Positions 1-12,691 are shown, counted from the first letter of the stretch. The stretch is DNA of 64,000 nucleotides from Gammaproteobacteria bacterium (GCA_965116585.1 OZ220714.1:2211461-2275460), one strand, 5' to 3'. Numbers and translations are program-made. Notes: generated by a model not told the origin, from the sequence alone.

Positions 1-2
1 AG

Positions 3-71
3 GTCGCCCACGTCAAACCCGGCATCCTGCCGACGGAGGAAGCGGAAAGCATCATTACCGGATTGCTTTGA
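3..71 (+). CDS. 3' end of an unidentified gene entering from upstream (...VAHVKPGILPTEEAESIITGLL, stop TGA 69-71)
   Basis: The frame is open from the window edge to TGA 69-71 and a hairpin follows. 22 residues are too few to assign a family. Confidence 0.3.
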   Translation, partial: VAHVKPGILPTEEAESIITGLL

Positions 72-104
72 TCGCCTGTGCGGGCAAGCATCGGGGAGAA
101 ACCG

Positions 105-131
105 GGCGCCTCTAATTTTTAGAGGCGCCCA
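105..131 (+). terminator. Hairpin GGGCGCCTCTA-ATTTT-TAGAGGCGCCC downstream of the partial gene
   Basis: Perfect 11-bp stem with a 5-nt loop, read directly. There is no clear U-tract. Confidence 0.4.
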
Positions 132-227
132 TAAGCGAGACTTAATTCCAATAACTTCTTCCATTTTCTGCTAATTTGTGGGAAACTGTAGCGAACTATT
201 CCGATTTCACCTTATAATTTTGTTGTT

Positions 228-668
228 ATGGCAAAACTGCTGGTATTACATGGGCCCAACCTGAACCTGCTTGGGGAACGGGAGCCGGAGATTTACGGCA
301 CGACTACGCTTGAGGATATCAACCGGGACCTGGTTGCGGCCGCCGGACGCCTGGGCCATAGCCTGGACTGTTTTCAGTCCAATGCCGAACATGAACTGGT
401 TGAACGCGTTCACCAGGCAAAAAAAGCAGGCGTTGAGTTCATTATCATTAATCCCGGGGCGTTTACCCACACCAGTATTGCCCTGCGCGATGCGTTTGCC
501 GGGGTTGCCATCCCATTCATTGAAATCCACCTGTCCAATGTATTTGCCCGGGAGCAATTCCGGCGTCATTCCTACCTGTCGGACCTGGCGGTCGCGGTGA
601 TCAGCGGCGCCGGCGCGCCGGGTTACCGTCTGGCATTACAGGTGGCCGCGGAAACATTGCAGGGGTAA
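228..668 (+). CDS. aroQ: 3-dehydroquinate dehydratase, type II
   Basis: The 146-aa product has the N-terminus [21 protein letters not shown] and IHLSNV, typical of type II dehydroquinase. It shows the classical aroQ-accB-accC synteny. Confidence 0.95.
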   Translation: MAKLLVLHGPNLNLLGEREPEIYGTTTLEDINRDLVAAAGRLGHSLDCFQSNAEHELVERVHQAKKAGVEFIIINPGAFTHTSIALRDAFAGVAIPFIEIHLSNVFAREQFRRHSYLSDLAVAVISGAGAPGYRLALQVAAETLQG

Positions 669-677
669 TCCAAACCG

Positions 678-1142
678 ATGGACATACGAAAAGTAAAAAA
701 ACTGATCGAGATGCTGGAGGAATCGGCTATCGACGAGATCGAAATCCATGAAGACAAGGATTCCGTCCGGGTCAGCCGTAACCGGCAGGCGCCGGCCCCC
801 GTTGCTGCCCCGGCCAGGGAAGTCCAGGCTGCCCCCCAGCACGGCGCACCGGTTGCAGACAGCGCACCCGCGCCCGAACCGGCGCAGGAAGAAGAACCCG
901 AGGAGAACATCGTGCGCTCACCCATGGTAGGGATTTTCTACGAGGCCCAGGCGCCGGGCAAACCGTCTTTTGTCCAATTGGGCCAGACCGTGGCAAAAGG
1001 CGACGTGCTCTGTATCATCGAAGCAATGAAGATCATGAACCAGGTGGAAGCCGAGAAAACCGGTGTCGTCAGCCGCATCATGGTTGCCAACGGCGATCCG
1101 GTGGAGTACGGGCAACCCTTGTTCATCATCCGCGCTCAGTGA
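678..1142 (+). CDS. accB: Biotin carboxyl carrier protein of acetyl-CoA carboxylase
   Basis: It has the biotinyl-lysine motif EAMKIMN and a Pro/Ala-rich linker, and it precedes accC. Confidence 0.95.
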   Translation: MDIRKVKKLIEMLEESAIDEIEIHEDKDSVRVSRNRQAPAPVAAPAREVQAAPQHGAPVADSAPAPEPAQEEEPEENIVRSPMVGIFYEAQAPGKPSFVQLGQTVAKGDVLCIIEAMKIMNQVEAEKTGVVSRIMVANGDPVEYGQPLFIIRAQ

Positions 1143-1189
1143 AACAACCGGGTTACACCACTTTGTGACCGCTGTGGCTTGTTTTAACC

Positions 1190-2533
1190 ATGCTTGAGAA
1201 ACTCGTCATTGCCAACCGGGGAGAAATCGCCCTGCGTATCCTGCGTTCCTGTCGCGAACTGGGCATCAGGACCGTGGCCGTGTTCTCGGAGGTGGATCGG
1301 GAACAGAAACACGTACTGCTGGCCGATGAGGCAGTATGCATCGGCCCGGCCGCATCTGCCGGCAGCTACCTGAATATCCCGGCGGTTATCAGCGCGGCGG
1401 AGGTCACGGATGCCGCGGCCATCCATCCGGGTTACGGCTTCCTGGCCGAAAACGCTGATTTTGCCGAACGGGTTGAGGAAAGCGGATTTATCTTCATCGG
1501 CCCGCGCGCCGATACCATCCGCCTGATGGGTAGCAAGATCTCAGCGCGGGAACAGATGCTGAAATTCGGTGTGCCCTGCGTACCCGGTTCCAACGGCGAC
1601 ATCGGCGAGGATATCGATGAGATTGGCAAGATTGCCAGGGAACTGGGCTACCCGGTAATCATCAAGGCCGCGGCGGGCGGCGGCGGGCGCGGCATGCGTA
1701 TCGTACGCGGGGAGGCATCCCTGCGCAATGCGGTGGCGCTGACACGCGCGGAAGCGGCTGCCGCGTTCGGCGACGACACCTTGTACATGGAGAAGTTTCT
1801 CGAACGGCCGCGCCATATCGAGATACAGATCCTAGGGGATGAAGCCGGCAACGTAATACACCTGGGAGAAAGGGACTGCTCCATGCAGCGGCGCCACCAG
1901 AAAGTCATGGAAGAGGCACCGGCGGTAGGGATCACAAACGAGATGCGTGAGAAGATCGGTACAACTTGTGTTGACGCCTGCAAGACCATGGGCTATCGCG
2001 GCGCCGGCACCATGGAATTTCTCTATCAGGACAACGAGTTTTACTTCATAGAAATGAATACCCGAATCCAGGTGGAGCATCCTGTCACCGAGATGGTAAC
2101 CGGCGTTGATATCGTCAAGGAGCAACTGCGCTGCGCGGCCGGCCTGGAACTGAGTTACCGGCAGGATGATATCCGGCTGCGCGGCCACGCGCTGGAGTGC
2201 CGCATCCAGGCCGAGGACCCCGACACCTTCATGCCCTCACCCGGGCAGGTCAAGCATTTTCACCAGCCCGGCGGCCCGGGAATTCGCATGGAAACCCATA
2301 TTTATGACGGCTACCGCATCCCACCGCATTATGATTCGATGATCGCCAAGTTGATCGCACACGCGGAAACCCGTGAACTGGCCCTGGCGCGCATGTCCAC
2401 GGCCCTGTCGGAGCTGGTCATTGAAGGGATCAAGACCAATATCCCGTTGCAGCAGAAACTGCTGGATGACGCGGCGTTTATTAGCGGCGGCACGGATATT
2501 CATTACCTGGAAAACAAGCTCGGCCTGAAGTGA
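1190..2533 (+). CDS. accC: Biotin carboxylase subunit of acetyl-CoA carboxylase
   Basis: 447-aa ATP-grasp protein with [26 protein letters not shown] and a conserved N-terminus. Confidence 0.97.
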   Translation: MLEKLVIANRGEIALRILRSCRELGIRTVAVFSEVDREQKHVLLADEAVCIGPAASAGSYLNIPAVISAAEVTDAAAIHPGYGFLAENADFAERVEESGFIFIGPRADTIRLMGSKISAREQMLKFGVPCVPGSNGDIGEDIDEIGKIARELGYPVIIKAAAGGGGRGMRIVRGEASLRNAVALTRAEAAAAFGDDTLYMEKFLERPRHIEIQILGDEAGNVIHLGERDCSMQRRHQKVMEEAPAVGITNEMREKIGTTCVDACKTMGYRGAGTMEFLYQDNEFYFIEMNTRIQVEHPVTEMVTGVDIVKEQLRCAAGLELSYRQDDIRLRGHALECRIQAEDPDTFMPSPGQVKHFHQPGGPGIRMETHIYDGYRIPPHYDSMIAKLIAHAETRELALARMSTALSELVIEGIKTNIPLQQKLLDDAAFISGGTDIHYLENKLGLK

Positions 2534-2534
2534 A

Positions 2535-3386
2535 ATGTTCACAGATTGCCCATCCTGTGAACGCCTGTTTCGCATACGCGCCGACCAGCTTGGGGCAGCC
2601 GACGGCTGGGTCAGGTGTGGTTATTGCGCACAGACCTTCTACGCGCTGGAGCGCTTGCATGATGCGCCGGTAACACAATCGGCGCGGCGTCGGCAACCCG
2701 AAGAAACCGTGCCCCCACCCCTGGTTGCGGATATCGAACCGGAACCTGCGCCCGGGCAACCCGCAGTAGACGCGCCGGTTCAAACTCCGCAGGAACCCGG
2801 CGCGCCGCAACAGGACTTTGCACAGGATGAAACCACGGAGACCGAGGAAGCTGACGAGTTTCTTTCCGGCCTGCGGTCGGCGCCGGTCGGCGCGAGCACA
2901 AACAGTACCGGTTCATCCGTACGCATCATCTGGCTTGGCATGATTGTGCTGTTCTCCGTGCTTGCCTTGGCGCAGCTTGCCTGGTTCAACCGGGACTGGA
3001 TGGTGCGCGCCTACCCGACGCTGGCGCCCTGGGTGCACAAAATTTGTGTGAGATGGCAGTGTGAACCGATACGCTTCCGTGACCTGTCGGCCATCAGGTT
3101 GTTGAACAGGGAGGTAACACTGCACCCCCGCTATCGAAACGCCCTGCAGGTCAGGGCCAGCCTGGTCAACCTGGCCAAATTCATCCAGCGTTATCCGGAC
3201 ATTGAGCTGTTGATTTTCAGCGTTGACGGAGAGGCGCTTGCCCGCGGACGTTTCAGGCCCGAGCAATACCTCAACCCGGACGTCGATCCGGCCGCCGGCA
3301 TGCCCTCCCACGTGCCGGTGGACGTCACACTGGAGCTTGCCGGCCCCGCCGGGGAGGCAACGAACTTTCACCTGCGTTTCCATTAA
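2535..3386 (+). CDS. Zinc-ribbon (MJ0042-type) and DUF3426-like membrane protein
   Basis: It has an N-terminal CPSC...CGYC ribbon, an acidic/Pro-rich linker, one TM segment (IIWLGMIVLFSVLALAQLAWF) and a C-terminal beta-rich domain. Its position after accC matches other gammaproteobacteria. Confidence 0.7.
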   Translation: MFTDCPSCERLFRIRADQLGAADGWVRCGYCAQTFYALERLHDAPVTQSARRRQPEETVPPPLVADIEPEPAPGQPAVDAPVQTPQEPGAPQQDFAQDETTETEEADEFLSGLRSAPVGASTNSTGSSVRIIWLGMIVLFSVLALAQLAWFNRDWMVRAYPTLAPWVHKICVRWQCEPIRFRDLSAIRLLNREVTLHPRYRNALQVRASLVNLAKFIQRYPDIELLIFSVDGEALARGRFRPEQYLNPDVDPAAGMPSHVPVDVTLELAGPAGEATNFHLRFH

Positions 3387-3525
3387 CAGGCCACTTGTCA
3401 AAGGGATGCCAAAAAGGATTGCATGAACATGGATAGATTGTTATTGTGAAAGAGTACCGGTATCTGGATACAGAAGGAATGGAGCAGGGGACGGAAGAAA
3501 ACCATGCGGAAGTGAAAAACATAAT

Positions 3526-3792
3526 ATGAGTTCGAGCAAACAGGATTCAATCTATTCCAACGCACAGTCCCTCAGTGAATGTGTGGAAAAAGCCTTGCAA
3601 AATTATTTTGAGGACCTGAACGGACAGGATGCATCAGAACTGCATGATCTGGTCATTTCCCAGGTTGAAAAACCACTTTTTGAGACCGTATTAAAACAAT
3701 ATAACGGCAATATTACCTACACCGCACAAGCCCTGGGCCTGAACAGGGGGACGGTGGTGGGGCGCTTGAAGAAGTACGGTATAGCCCGCTGA
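3526..3792 (+). CDS. fis: DNA-binding protein Fis
   Basis: 88-aa protein with a C-terminal HTH ([25 protein letters not shown]). Its stop overlaps the purH ATG by 1 nt. Confidence 0.9.
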   Translation: MSSSKQDSIYSNAQSLSECVEKALQNYFEDLNGQDASELHDLVISQVEKPLFETVLKQYNGNITYTAQALGLNRGTVVGRLKKYGIAR

Positions 3793-5366
3793 TGGCCGAC
3801 CCGCATTTTCCTGTACGACGCGCACTGATCAGCGTCTCGGACAAGTCCGGGATCGTGGAATTTTGCCAGGCCCTGGACGGGTTGGATATCGCCATGCTCT
3901 CCACCGGCGGCACGTTCAAACTGCTCCAGTCCCATAATATCCGGGTCACGGACGTGTCTGACTATACCGGTTTCCCGGAGATTATGGACGGTCGGGTGAA
4001 AACCCTGCACCCGAAGATCCACGGCGGCTTGCTCGGACGGCCGGGACGGGATGACGGAATTATGGAAGAGTTGGATATTCCCCCCATAGACCTTGTCGTC
4101 GTCAACCTGTATCCGTTTGAGGCGACCGTGCAGCGCGCAGAGTGCACCCTGGCCGACGCCATTGAGAACATTGATATAGGCGGGCCGACGATGCTCAGGG
4201 CCGCGGCTAAAAATTACCAGGCCACCGGTGTTGTCGTCGATGCGGCCGATTATCCCGTACTGTTACAGGAACTGCAGGAAAACAACAACCGGCTGAGTAC
4301 AGAAACCTGCTTCAGGCTGGCGCAGAAGGTCTTCTCGCACACGGCGAACTACGATGCCAATGTAGCCAACTACCTGGGTGCGCTGGACCACGAGGGCAAC
4401 AGCCGGCATTACCCGGACACCTATACCATGCAGTTCAGCCTTGCCCAGGAACTGAGATATGGTGAGAACCCGCACCAGTCCGCGGCCTTTTATACAGAGC
4501 CGGAACCCGCCGCGGGAACCCTGGCCGCCGCCCGCCAGTTACAGGGCAAGGCGCTGTCCTACAATAACCTGGCCGATGCCGATGCGGCCCTGGAATGTGT
4601 GTCAGGTTTTACGCGTCCTGCCTGTGTCATCGTCAAGCACGCCAACCCCTGCGGCGTCGCAGTGGCGGACTCGCTCGCGGCGGCGTATGCCGCCGCGTAC
4701 GCGACTGACCCGGTCTCCGCGTTCGGCGGCATCATCGCGTGCAACCGCGGCCTGGACCGGGAGACTGCGCAAGCTATCATTGACCAGCAGTTCGTGGAGG
4801 TGATTCTGGCGCCGGAACTGGAAGAGGGAGCGCTTGCCGTTACGGCAGCAAAGTCGGGGGTGCGGGTGCTGGTCAGCGGAGATCGCTCAGCGCAACCTGC
4901 GCAGCTTGAACTGAAGCGCGTCAGCGGCGGCTTGCTGGTGCAGGACTCGGATACGGGAACGATTAAACCGGAACAGTTGAACGTGGTCTCCAGGCGCAAA
5001 CCGACCATCGATGAACTGGAGGATCTGCTGTTTGCCTGGCAGGTGGTGAAATATGTCAAGTCCAACGCCATCGTCTATGCCCGGCAGCGCCGGACTATCG
5101 GTATCGGCGCCGGCCAGATGAGCCGGGTGTACAGCGCCCGTATCGCCGCCATCAAGGCCGCCGATGCCGGCCTTGAGGTTGCCGGCGCGGTAATGGCCTC
5201 GGATGCGTTTTTTCCATTCCGGGACGGCATCGACTCTGCCGCACAATCAGGCATTCGTGCCGTCATACAACCGGGAGGTTCGGTGCGGGACCAGGAGGTC
5301 ATCGCGGCCGCGGATGAACATGACATGGCCATGGTATTCACCTCGATGCGCCACTTCCGGCACTGA
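3792..5366 (+). CDS. purH: Bifunctional AICAR transformylase / IMP cyclohydrolase
   Basis: 524-aa protein with [15 protein letters not shown] (MGS-like domain), the GGILG-type motif KIHGGLLGR and the C-terminal MRHFRH. Confidence 0.97.
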   Translation: MADPHFPVRRALISVSDKSGIVEFCQALDGLDIAMLSTGGTFKLLQSHNIRVTDVSDYTGFPEIMDGRVKTLHPKIHGGLLGRPGRDDGIMEELDIPPIDLVVVNLYPFEATVQRAECTLADAIENIDIGGPTMLRAAAKNYQATGVVVDAADYPVLLQELQENNNRLSTETCFRLAQKVFSHTANYDANVANYLGALDHEGNSRHYPDTYTMQFSLAQELRYGENPHQSAAFYTEPEPAAGTLAAARQLQGKALSYNNLADADAALECVSGFTRPACVIVKHANPCGVAVADSLAAAYAAAYATDPVSAFGGIIACNRGLDRETAQAIIDQQFVEVILAPELEEGALAVTAAKSGVRVLVSGDRSAQPAQLELKRVSGGLLVQDSDTGTIKPEQLNVVSRRKPTIDELEDLLFAWQVVKYVKSNAIVYARQRRTIGIGAGQMSRVYSARIAAIKAADAGLEVAGAVMASDAFFPFRDGIDSAAQSGIRAVIQPGGSVRDQEVIAAADEHDMAMVFTSMRHFRH

Positions 5367-5378
5367 ACCGGTATAGTT

Positions 5379-6674
5379 GTGGACGTCCTGATTATCGGCG
5401 CGGGTGGACGGGAACACGCCCTGGCCTGGAAAACGGCGCAATCCTCCGAGGTGGAAAAGGTGTACGTGGCGCCGGGCAACGCCGGCACGGCGTTGGAGGA
5501 CAAGGTAGAAAATGTGCCCGTCTCGCCTGCTGACATCCCCGCCCTGATCGAGTTTGCCGGTGAACGCCGGGTGGCCTTGACCATTGTGGGCCCCGAAGCG
5601 CCGCTGGTGGCCGGTATTGCCGACGCTTTTGCCGCGGCGGGATTACGCTGCTTCGGTCCCTCGCAGCAGGCCGCCAGGCTGGAGGGTTCCAAGAGCTTCA
5701 GCAAGGCATTTATGCAACGCTACCACATCCCCGCAGCCGCCAGTGAGACCTTTACCGAACTTGACGCGGCGCTGGATTATGTGCAGTCAAGGAGTCTGCC
5801 GATAGTGGTCAAGGCGGACGGCTTGGCCGCGGGTAAAGGCGTCGTCATCGCCCGCACTCATGCCGAAGCCGGACATGCGTTGAGCGATATGTTGCGCGCC
5901 GGGAAATTCGGTGCCGCCGGCCGCCGGGTGCTGATCGAGGATTTTATCGCGGGTGAGGAAACCAGCTTCATCGTGCTCAGCGATGGTGAGAATGTTGTTC
6001 CGCTGGCCAGTTCCCAGGATCATAAAGCCAGGGACGATGGCGATGCCGGGCCCAACACCGGCGGCATGGGCGCTTATTCGCCTTCTTCCATCCTGGACAA
6101 CACACTACATGAGCGGATCATGCAGCGTGTCATTGAACCTGCCATTGCCGGCATGAGAGAGGAAGGCACACCCTACCGGGGTTTCCTGTATGCCGGGCTG
6201 ATGGTTGATGCCGAGGGCAACCCCCAGGTCCTGGAATTTAACTGTCGCCTGGGCGACCCGGAGACCCAGCCTGTCCTGATGCGTTTGCAGGGAGATTTGC
6301 CGGCCCTGTGTGACCTGGCCCTGGCGCAGCAATTGCGTAACGCCAGGGTTGCCTGGGACCCGCGCCCGGCCGTGGGTGTGGTAATGGCATCGTCGGGATA
6401 TCCTGACCGCGCAACCCGGGACAAGCCCATTACCGGCCTTGGCCGGGCCGACGAGACAGTGAAGATATTTCACGCCGGCACCCGGCAAGCCGGGGATGAG
6501 ATACTGACCAATGGCGGCCGGGTACTGTGCGTGACGGCCTTGGCAGACAGTGTTACCGCAGCCCGCAACAAGGCCTACCACACGGTTGCAGCCATAGCTT
6601 GCGATACCTTGTTTTATCGCACCGATATTGCCCACCGGGCGGTGCAAAGGGAAGCGGCGACCGGCTCCGATTAG
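5379..6674 (+). CDS. purD: Phosphoribosylamine-glycine ligase
   Basis: GTG start. The N-terminus [16 protein letters not shown] is typical of GARS, the fold is ATP-grasp, and the gene follows purH. Confidence 0.95.
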   Translation: MDVLIIGAGGREHALAWKTAQSSEVEKVYVAPGNAGTALEDKVENVPVSPADIPALIEFAGERRVALTIVGPEAPLVAGIADAFAAAGLRCFGPSQQAARLEGSKSFSKAFMQRYHIPAAASETFTELDAALDYVQSRSLPIVVKADGLAAGKGVVIARTHAEAGHALSDMLRAGKFGAAGRRVLIEDFIAGEETSFIVLSDGENVVPLASSQDHKARDDGDAGPNTGGMGAYSPSSILDNTLHERIMQRVIEPAIAGMREEGTPYRGFLYAGLMVDAEGNPQVLEFNCRLGDPETQPVLMRLQGDLPALCDLALAQQLRNARVAWDPRPAVGVVMASSGYPDRATRDKPITGLGRADETVKIFHAGTRQAGDEILTNGGRVLCVTALADSVTAARNKAYHTVAAIACDTLFYRTDIAHRAVQREAATGSD

Positions 6675-6931
6675 TTGTGGGCAGTCCTGCAGAGCCTGCC
6701 CCGTACTTGATACGGGGATGGGCTTGTCGGCGTTTCCCTGAATAATTCCGCTACGCGTAAAAAAATAGTATATCTCCACAAATTATTTTGTAATATAATC
6801 GTAAGACAAGGGGGAAAGTTGGATAACGAAATTCGATTTATCAGCCACATCAGGGATTGCTGTAACCGGCAAAACGACAGGCGCCATATACAAACAACAT
6901 TACTAACTTACTTTCGTAGAGAGGGGTAGAC

Positions 6932-7264
6932 ATGTCTGACACACCACAAGCGATTGCGCAGAAGCAAACCAAATCACAAATCCTGACTCATATTGCCGAA
7001 GACACAGGCCTGACAAAGAAGCAGGTCGGAGCAGTATTGGACTCAATGGCCGCACTGGCCGTGCGCCACCTGCAAAATGGCGCTTCAGGAGAATTTACCG
7101 TCCCGTCAATGGGCGTTAAATTGAGCCGGGTGATGAAACCTGCCCGCGCTGCGCGTCCCGGTATCAACCCGGCAACCGGAGAGAAAATCACCATCGCGGC
7201 GAAACCGGCATCTGTTGCCGTGCGCGCCACGCCACTGAAGGCGCTGAAAGACTCCGTATCCTGA
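6932..7264 (+). CDS. HU-family DNA-binding protein with a short N-terminal extension
   Basis: HU/IHF fold signature (...GEFTVPSMGVKLSRVMKPARAARPGINPATGEKITIAAKP...). Confidence 0.85.
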   Translation: MSDTPQAIAQKQTKSQILTHIAEDTGLTKKQVGAVLDSMAALAVRHLQNGASGEFTVPSMGVKLSRVMKPARAARPGINPATGEKITIAAKPASVAVRATPLKALKDSVS

Positions 7265-7316
7265 CCTGGCCCCGGGCCAGAGTCAGGTCAGGAATCACCT
7301 GATAAAGACCCCTGTT

Positions 7317-7354
7317 TGCGCAGGAGTGGTTCGCTATTCTCCCACTCCTGCGCA
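7317..7354. terminator. 13-bp-stem hairpin between the convergent HU gene and hisH
   Basis: TGCGCAGGAGTGG-12 nt-CCACTCCTGCGCA, read directly. Confidence 0.5.
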
Positions 7355-7401
7355 GGCGTTTCTGTATTGTGCTTACTCATCCTTGGTAACCTTATTCCCG
7401 C

Positions 7402-8058
7402 TCAAGGGCGCCAGTCCAGGAAATTCCTGAGCAGGGTGAGGCCTGGTTGCTGGCTTTTTTCCGGGTGGAATTGTGTGGCGAACAGGTTGTCCCGCGCCGC
7501 CGCGGAGGTGAAATTCACGATATAATCCGTCACTCCGGCCGCATCTGACTCATGGTCCGGTTGCACGTAGTAGCTGTGTACGAAATAAAACCGCTCATCG
7601 TCCCTGATGTTCTTCCACAGGGGATGCGCGGCCGACTGCTTGACCTTGTTCCAGCCCATGTGCGGGATCTTGTACCGATCGCCGTTTTCATCTCTGGCAG
7701 TTGCGGGAAACCTGAGCACTTTTCCCTGAATTAGCCCCAGTCCTGCCGTCCCATCATCCTCCTCGCTGAAGTCCATCAGGGTTTGTAGTCCCAGGCAGAT
7801 ACCCAGGAAGGGTTTGTTGAGGAGGCACTCCCTGAGCAGGGCAGGAAAACCCTTGTCGATAAGGGTCTGCATACATTGGCCTATGGCGCCCTGCCCGGGG
7901 AAGACAATGCGTTCGGCAGCCAGCACCGTGTCGCGCTCAGCGCTGACCTGCACGGAATAGTCCTGTCCGGCCACGTGTTCGAGCGCCTTGGCTACCGAGT
8001 GCAGGTTGCCCGAACCGTAGTCCAGGATGGCGACGGTTTGGCGCGTGCGTATGCCCAT
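7402..8058 (-). CDS. hisH: Imidazole glycerol phosphate synthase, glutamine amidotransferase subunit
   Basis: Class I GATase with VAILDYGSGNLHSV, GICLGLQ (catalytic Cys) and FATQFHPEKS. Confidence 0.95.
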   Translation of the reverse strand: MGIRTRQTVAILDYGSGNLHSVAKALEHVAGQDYSVQVSAERDTVLAAERIVFPGQGAIGQCMQTLIDKGFPALLRECLLNKPFLGICLGLQTLMDFSEEDDGTAGLGLIQGKVLRFPATARDENGDRYKIPHMGWNKVKQSAAHPLWKNIRDDERFYFVHSYYVQPDHESDAAGVTDYIVNFTSAAARDNLFATQFHPEKSQQPGLTLLRNFLDWRP

Positions 8059-8068
8059 GGCCGACAGG

Positions 8069-8665
8069 CTACAGGCTGCCTTTGGTTGAAGGCAGTATTC
8101 CTTCCATGCGCGGGTCCGGTTCGACGGCGGCGCGCAATGCGCGGCCGAACGCCTTGAAGATCGTCTCCGCGATGTGGTGTGTATTCCTGCCGCGCAGGTT
8201 ATCGATGTGCAAGGTCACCAGTGCATGGTTGGCGAACCCCTGGAAAAATTCCCTCAGCAGGTCCACGTCGAATTCACCTACCCGTGCCCGGGGGTATTCA
8301 ACGTGGTATTCCAATCCGGGCCGGCCGGAGAAATCCAGCGCTACCCGTGACAGCGCTTCGTCCAGCGGCACGTAAGCATGCCCGTAGCGGCGTATCCCGC
8401 GCTTGTCCCCAAGCGCCTGCCTGAACGCCTGTCCCAGGGAAATGCCAACGTCCTCAACGGTGTGGTGGGCGTCAATTTCCAGGTCGCCTTGTGCCTTGAT
8501 GCCCAGGTCAAACATACCGTGCCGGGCAACCTGGTCCAGCATGTGCTCGAGAAAGGGAACGCCGACGTCCAGCGCCGCGTCACCTTTGCCGTCCAGGTTC
8601 AGCGCCACGGCTATCTGCGTCTCTTTGGTTGACCTGTCAACGGAGGCCTGTCGTGCATTGCTCAT
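8069..8665 (-). CDS. hisB: Imidazoleglycerol-phosphate dehydratase
   Basis: IGPD motifs ([25 protein letters not shown]). I prefer the internal ATG at 8665 ([16 protein letters not shown]) over the track start at 8749. Confidence 0.92.
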   Translation of the reverse strand: MSNARQASVDRSTKETQIAVALNLDGKGDAALDVGVPFLEHMLDQVARHGMFDLGIKAQGDLEIDAHHTVEDVGISLGQAFRQALGDKRGIRRYGHAYVPLDEALSRVALDFSGRPGLEYHVEYPRARVGEFDVDLLREFFQGFANHALVTLHIDNLRGRNTHHIAETIFKAFGRALRAAVEPDPRMEGILPSTKGSL

Positions 8666-8689
8666 GTTTGTTTGCCAATTATCACATAG

Positions 8690-9709
<1,020 letters not shown>

Positions 9710-9750
9710 AGGTTCCTTTGAGGGAAACTCTGGTTAAATCTGAAGTGGCA

Positions 9751-10713
9751 ATGCAACCGACAAGCACGGTATTTCATAACTGTCCGCAGGCGCCGGGTAG
9801 GCGCGTCGCGCTCAGCCGCGCGGTTCTACTGCCTTTCGTCCTCCTGCTCCTGTGCGGTCCCGTACAGGCTGAGCAATACAAGGGTTTTCCGCGCGGGCAT
9901 GCCCTGGTTACCGCAGATGAGGTTAAGTCGATGCTGGACGGAACCGGGCCGAAACCAATAGTGCTGGCTGCGGTCAAGCGTGTCTCCTGGCTGCTTGAGC
10001 ACATTCCCGGCGCCTTCCATGCTCCGCGCAAGGCCTACACCGACCAGGCCGGTATGGCAGTGAACCGTGAGCGCTTCCAGGAATTTGCGCGCGCACTCGG
10101 TATCGACAACGATTCCATCGTGGTCGTTTATGATAATGCCTACGATGCCGCACGCCTCTGGTGGCTCTTCCGCCTGTACGGAAAACCTGACGTGCGGGTG
10201 CTGGACGGCGGTCTGGATGCCTGGAAAGATGCGGGGTACGACCTTGAGCGCGGGCCCGGACGTGCGGCAAGGGTAGCCGGGAAATTTGTCGCGGCGCCGG
10301 CCCTTGCCGACTGGACGGCCGCCATGGCCGACGTCAACCAGGGCCGCACAGATACGGGGACCCGGGTCTGGGATACTCGCGACGTGGGGGAATGGGACGG
10401 CTCAACACAGATCGGCGGCCTGCCGGCAGGCCGCATCGGCTGGGCCCAATTCGCCGGCTGGCGGGATTTCCGCAAGTCAGCAGAAGGCCGCCCGTCAGAG
10501 TTCCGGCCCGCCACCGAGATCGACGCGCTGTTAACGCAGGCAGGCTTTGAACCCGAACACGATCATATCTTCTACTGCCACTCCGGCGTACGCGCCGCCA
10601 CACCGCTGTTCGCACTCTACCTGATGGGGTTCCCCATTGAAAGACTACACCTTTACGATGGCTCCTGGATAGAATGGAGTCAACGGGCTGTGCAGGAGGA
10701 TGGACCAAACTGA
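9751..10713 (+). CDS. Secreted two-domain rhodanese (thiosulfate/3-mercaptopyruvate sulfurtransferase family)
   Basis: It has a signal-like N-terminus (LLPFVLLLLCGPVQA) and the active-site loop CHSGVRAA. The start is uncertain (TTG 9718 or ATG 9751). Confidence 0.8.
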   Translation: MQPTSTVFHNCPQAPGRRVALSRAVLLPFVLLLLCGPVQAEQYKGFPRGHALVTADEVKSMLDGTGPKPIVLAAVKRVSWLLEHIPGAFHAPRKAYTDQAGMAVNRERFQEFARALGIDNDSIVVVYDNAYDAARLWWLFRLYGKPDVRVLDGGLDAWKDAGYDLERGPGRAARVAGKFVAAPALADWTAAMADVNQGRTDTGTRVWDTRDVGEWDGSTQIGGLPAGRIGWAQFAGWRDFRKSAEGRPSEFRPATEIDALLTQAGFEPEHDHIFYCHSGVRAATPLFALYLMGFPIERLHLYDGSWIEWSQRAVQEDGPN

Positions 10714-10751
10714 TCCTGCTCTTTCTGTGGAGCGATTCGTTATTTCCTGCT

Positions 10752-11189
10752 TCAAACCTGTAACCAGAACGTCACTGGTCCATCGTTAGTCAGATTCACC
10801 TGCATATTTGCTCCAAACACACCGGTTTGTACACGGCCGCGATCTTGTTGAGCGAAATCAACAAGTTCCTGGAATAGCCGTTGTCCTATTTCTGGCGGTG
10901 CCGCGGAACTGAAACTGGGCCGACTGCCTTTATGGGTATCCGCCGGCAAGGTGAACTGCGGCACCAGTAACAACTCACCACCGACATCATCCAGGCTCAG
11001 GTTCATCTTCCCATCGGCATCCGGGAAGATGCGGTAATGGGTAATCCTCCGGGCCAATCTTTGTGCAGTTTCAGAATCATCCTGTTTCTCAACACCGACA
11101 AGAGCCAGGATACCTCGGCCGATCTGCGCAACCACATCTCCATCAATCACCACCCCGGCATCACTGACGCGCTGTATCAATCCGATCAT
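10752..11189 (-). CDS. dtd: D-aminoacyl-tRNA deacylase
   Basis: 145-aa protein with MIGLIQRV..., SRPSF and GPVT motifs. Confidence 0.93.
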   Translation of the reverse strand: MIGLIQRVSDAGVVIDGDVVAQIGRGILALVGVEKQDDSETAQRLARRITHYRIFPDADGKMNLSLDDVGGELLLVPQFTLPADTHKGSRPSFSSAAPPEIGQRLFQELVDFAQQDRGRVQTGVFGANMQVNLTNDGPVTFWLQV

Positions 11190-11308
11190 GTTATCTCAGG
11201 TGTAGCCCAAAGACGGATTATACAGGAGTACCATAACCGGCCCATTAAGAAGATATAATAGGAAAATAGAAATATAATTTATGATGAGAATGCGCAAATG
11301 ATTGAAAA

Positions 11309-11545
11309 TCAACTAATCTCTTTTAAGAGCTTCATATATTCCTTTCTATTCATCTGGGCTGTTCGCATATTGCTCCTTATAATATCCAGCCCTACTTCCT
11401 TGTATTTAGGAATAACTACAGGTCGGATAATACCTTCTTTTGTATAACATCGGTGAGAGCTCCTCTCTCTTTCAAAGACAAACCCGAATTTTAGAAAAAT
11501 GGCCTCCTGTGTCTGCCAATCAGTAGGTTTGAGTTTGACGGACAT
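11309..11545 (-). CDS. HicA/YcfA-like mRNA interferase toxin
   Basis: Small basic protein (...FGFVFERERSSHRCY...VVIPKYKEV...) with a HicA-like pattern. It sits in an AT-rich insert and overlaps the upstream HicB-like gene. Confidence 0.65.
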   Translation of the reverse strand: MSVKLKPTDWQTQEAIFLKFGFVFERERSSHRCYTKEGIIRPVVIPKYKEVGLDIIRSNMRTAQMNRKEYMKLLKEIS

Positions 11546-11906
11546 GAGCAGCAACCAGCAAGGGCAGAGGGACGTCGATCATCAAGGAACCTGAAGCATC
11601 AGGAACCTGAAGCAGAGAAGATGCCTGTTGCAAGCCTAAACTGGCGTGTTCTCTGTCGGGTTCGAAACCTAGTTCTTTTAATGCCTCTGAAAGCACCCCC
11701 CGCTCATAACAGGATTCAATAAATAGCTGGATTGCTTCAATAATATTTTCTTTTGCCTCATCTTCCGTGTAGCCCTGGCTATGAACATCAAACGCATCAC
11801 TGCCAATGTAATAGACATCATTTTCTTTGCGGATGTTGACGATCACTTGCAAAGAAAAATGAACGCTATTACGCGCTTTTCTTATATGTAGACTGGATTG
11901 GCTCAT
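11520..11906 (-). CDS. HicB-like (UPF0150) antitoxin
   Basis: ...VYYIGSDAFDVHSQGYTEDEAKENIIEAIQLFIE... matches the HicB N-terminal fold pattern. It is paired with the HicA-like gene. Confidence 0.6.
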   Translation of the reverse strand: MSQSSLHIRKARNSVHFSLQVIVNIRKENDVYYIGSDAFDVHSQGYTEDEAKENIIEAIQLFIESCYERGVLSEALKELGFEPDREHASLGLQQASSLLQVPDASGSLMIDVPLPLLVAAHVRQTQTY

Positions 11907-11998
11907 GGGGATCCCGAATTATAGTTCATTTTGCGGAGGGTTTGGGCCTCTCTTGTCTCAAGACGGTGGCGTGCGGCTCCCTCTGTGGCTAAACAACC

Positions 11999-12655
11999 TC
12001 AAACAGCCAGGCTGATCACCCGCCGGTCGCTGGCGACCAACAGCATGTCGGCGCGGCGGATGGCGAACAGGCCGTTGGTGACTATGCCGACGATCTGGTT
12101 GAGGTGTTGTTCCAGCTCGGTTGGGTTGAGGATGGAGAGGTTGTGCACGTCCAGGATGATGTTGCCGTTGTCCGTGGTGAAACCTTGCCTCAATACCGGC
12201 TGCCCGCCCAGCTTCAGGATTTCCCGGGCCACGTGGCTGCGGGCCATGGGAATCACCTCGATGGGTAACGGAAATGTGCCAAGGACGTCTACCAGCTTTG
12301 AATCATCGACGATACAGATGAACTTCTCGCTCACGGCCGCGGTGATCTTCTCCCGGGTCAAGGCGCCGCCGCCGCCCTTGATGAGTTGCAGGTGGCGGGT
12401 GGCCTCATCGGCGCCGTCCACGTAAACCGAGAGGTCGCGCACACCGTTCAGGTCGACGATTGGGATCCTGTGTTGATTTAACCGGACTTCGGTTGCGATT
12501 GAACTGGCCACGGCGCCATCGATACGATGCTTGATTTGTGCCAGTTCATCGATGAAGCAGTTGACCGTGCTGCCGGTGCCGACACCCACGATCATGTCAT
12601 CTTCAATGTAATCGAGCGCGGCTCTGGCAGCTCGTTGTTTTTTTTCCTGGCTCAT
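11999..12655 (-). CDS. rpiA: Ribose-5-phosphate isomerase A
   Basis: [19 protein letters not shown] and an RpiA-like C-terminus. I prefer the internal ATG at 12655 ([17 protein letters not shown]). Confidence 0.93.
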   Translation of the reverse strand: MSQEKKQRAARAALDYIEDDMIVGVGTGSTVNCFIDELAQIKHRIDGAVASSIATEVRLNQHRIPIVDLNGVRDLSVYVDGADEATRHLQLIKGGGGALTREKITAAVSEKFICIVDDSKLVDVLGTFPLPIEVIPMARSHVAREILKLGGQPVLRQGFTTDNGNIILDVHNLSILNPTELEQHLNQIVGIVTNGLFAIRRADMLLVASDRRVISLAV

Positions 12656-12691
12656 TTTGGTTAAAGTCCGGCGCGGTGTTATCTTATAGGC

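Noticed and set aside
6761-6799. A TATAAT hexamer (6794-6799) upstream of the HU-family gene as a promoter
   Set aside because: There is no acceptable -35 element at 16-18 bp spacing, and it lies 130 nt from the start codon. That is too speculative to list as a feature.
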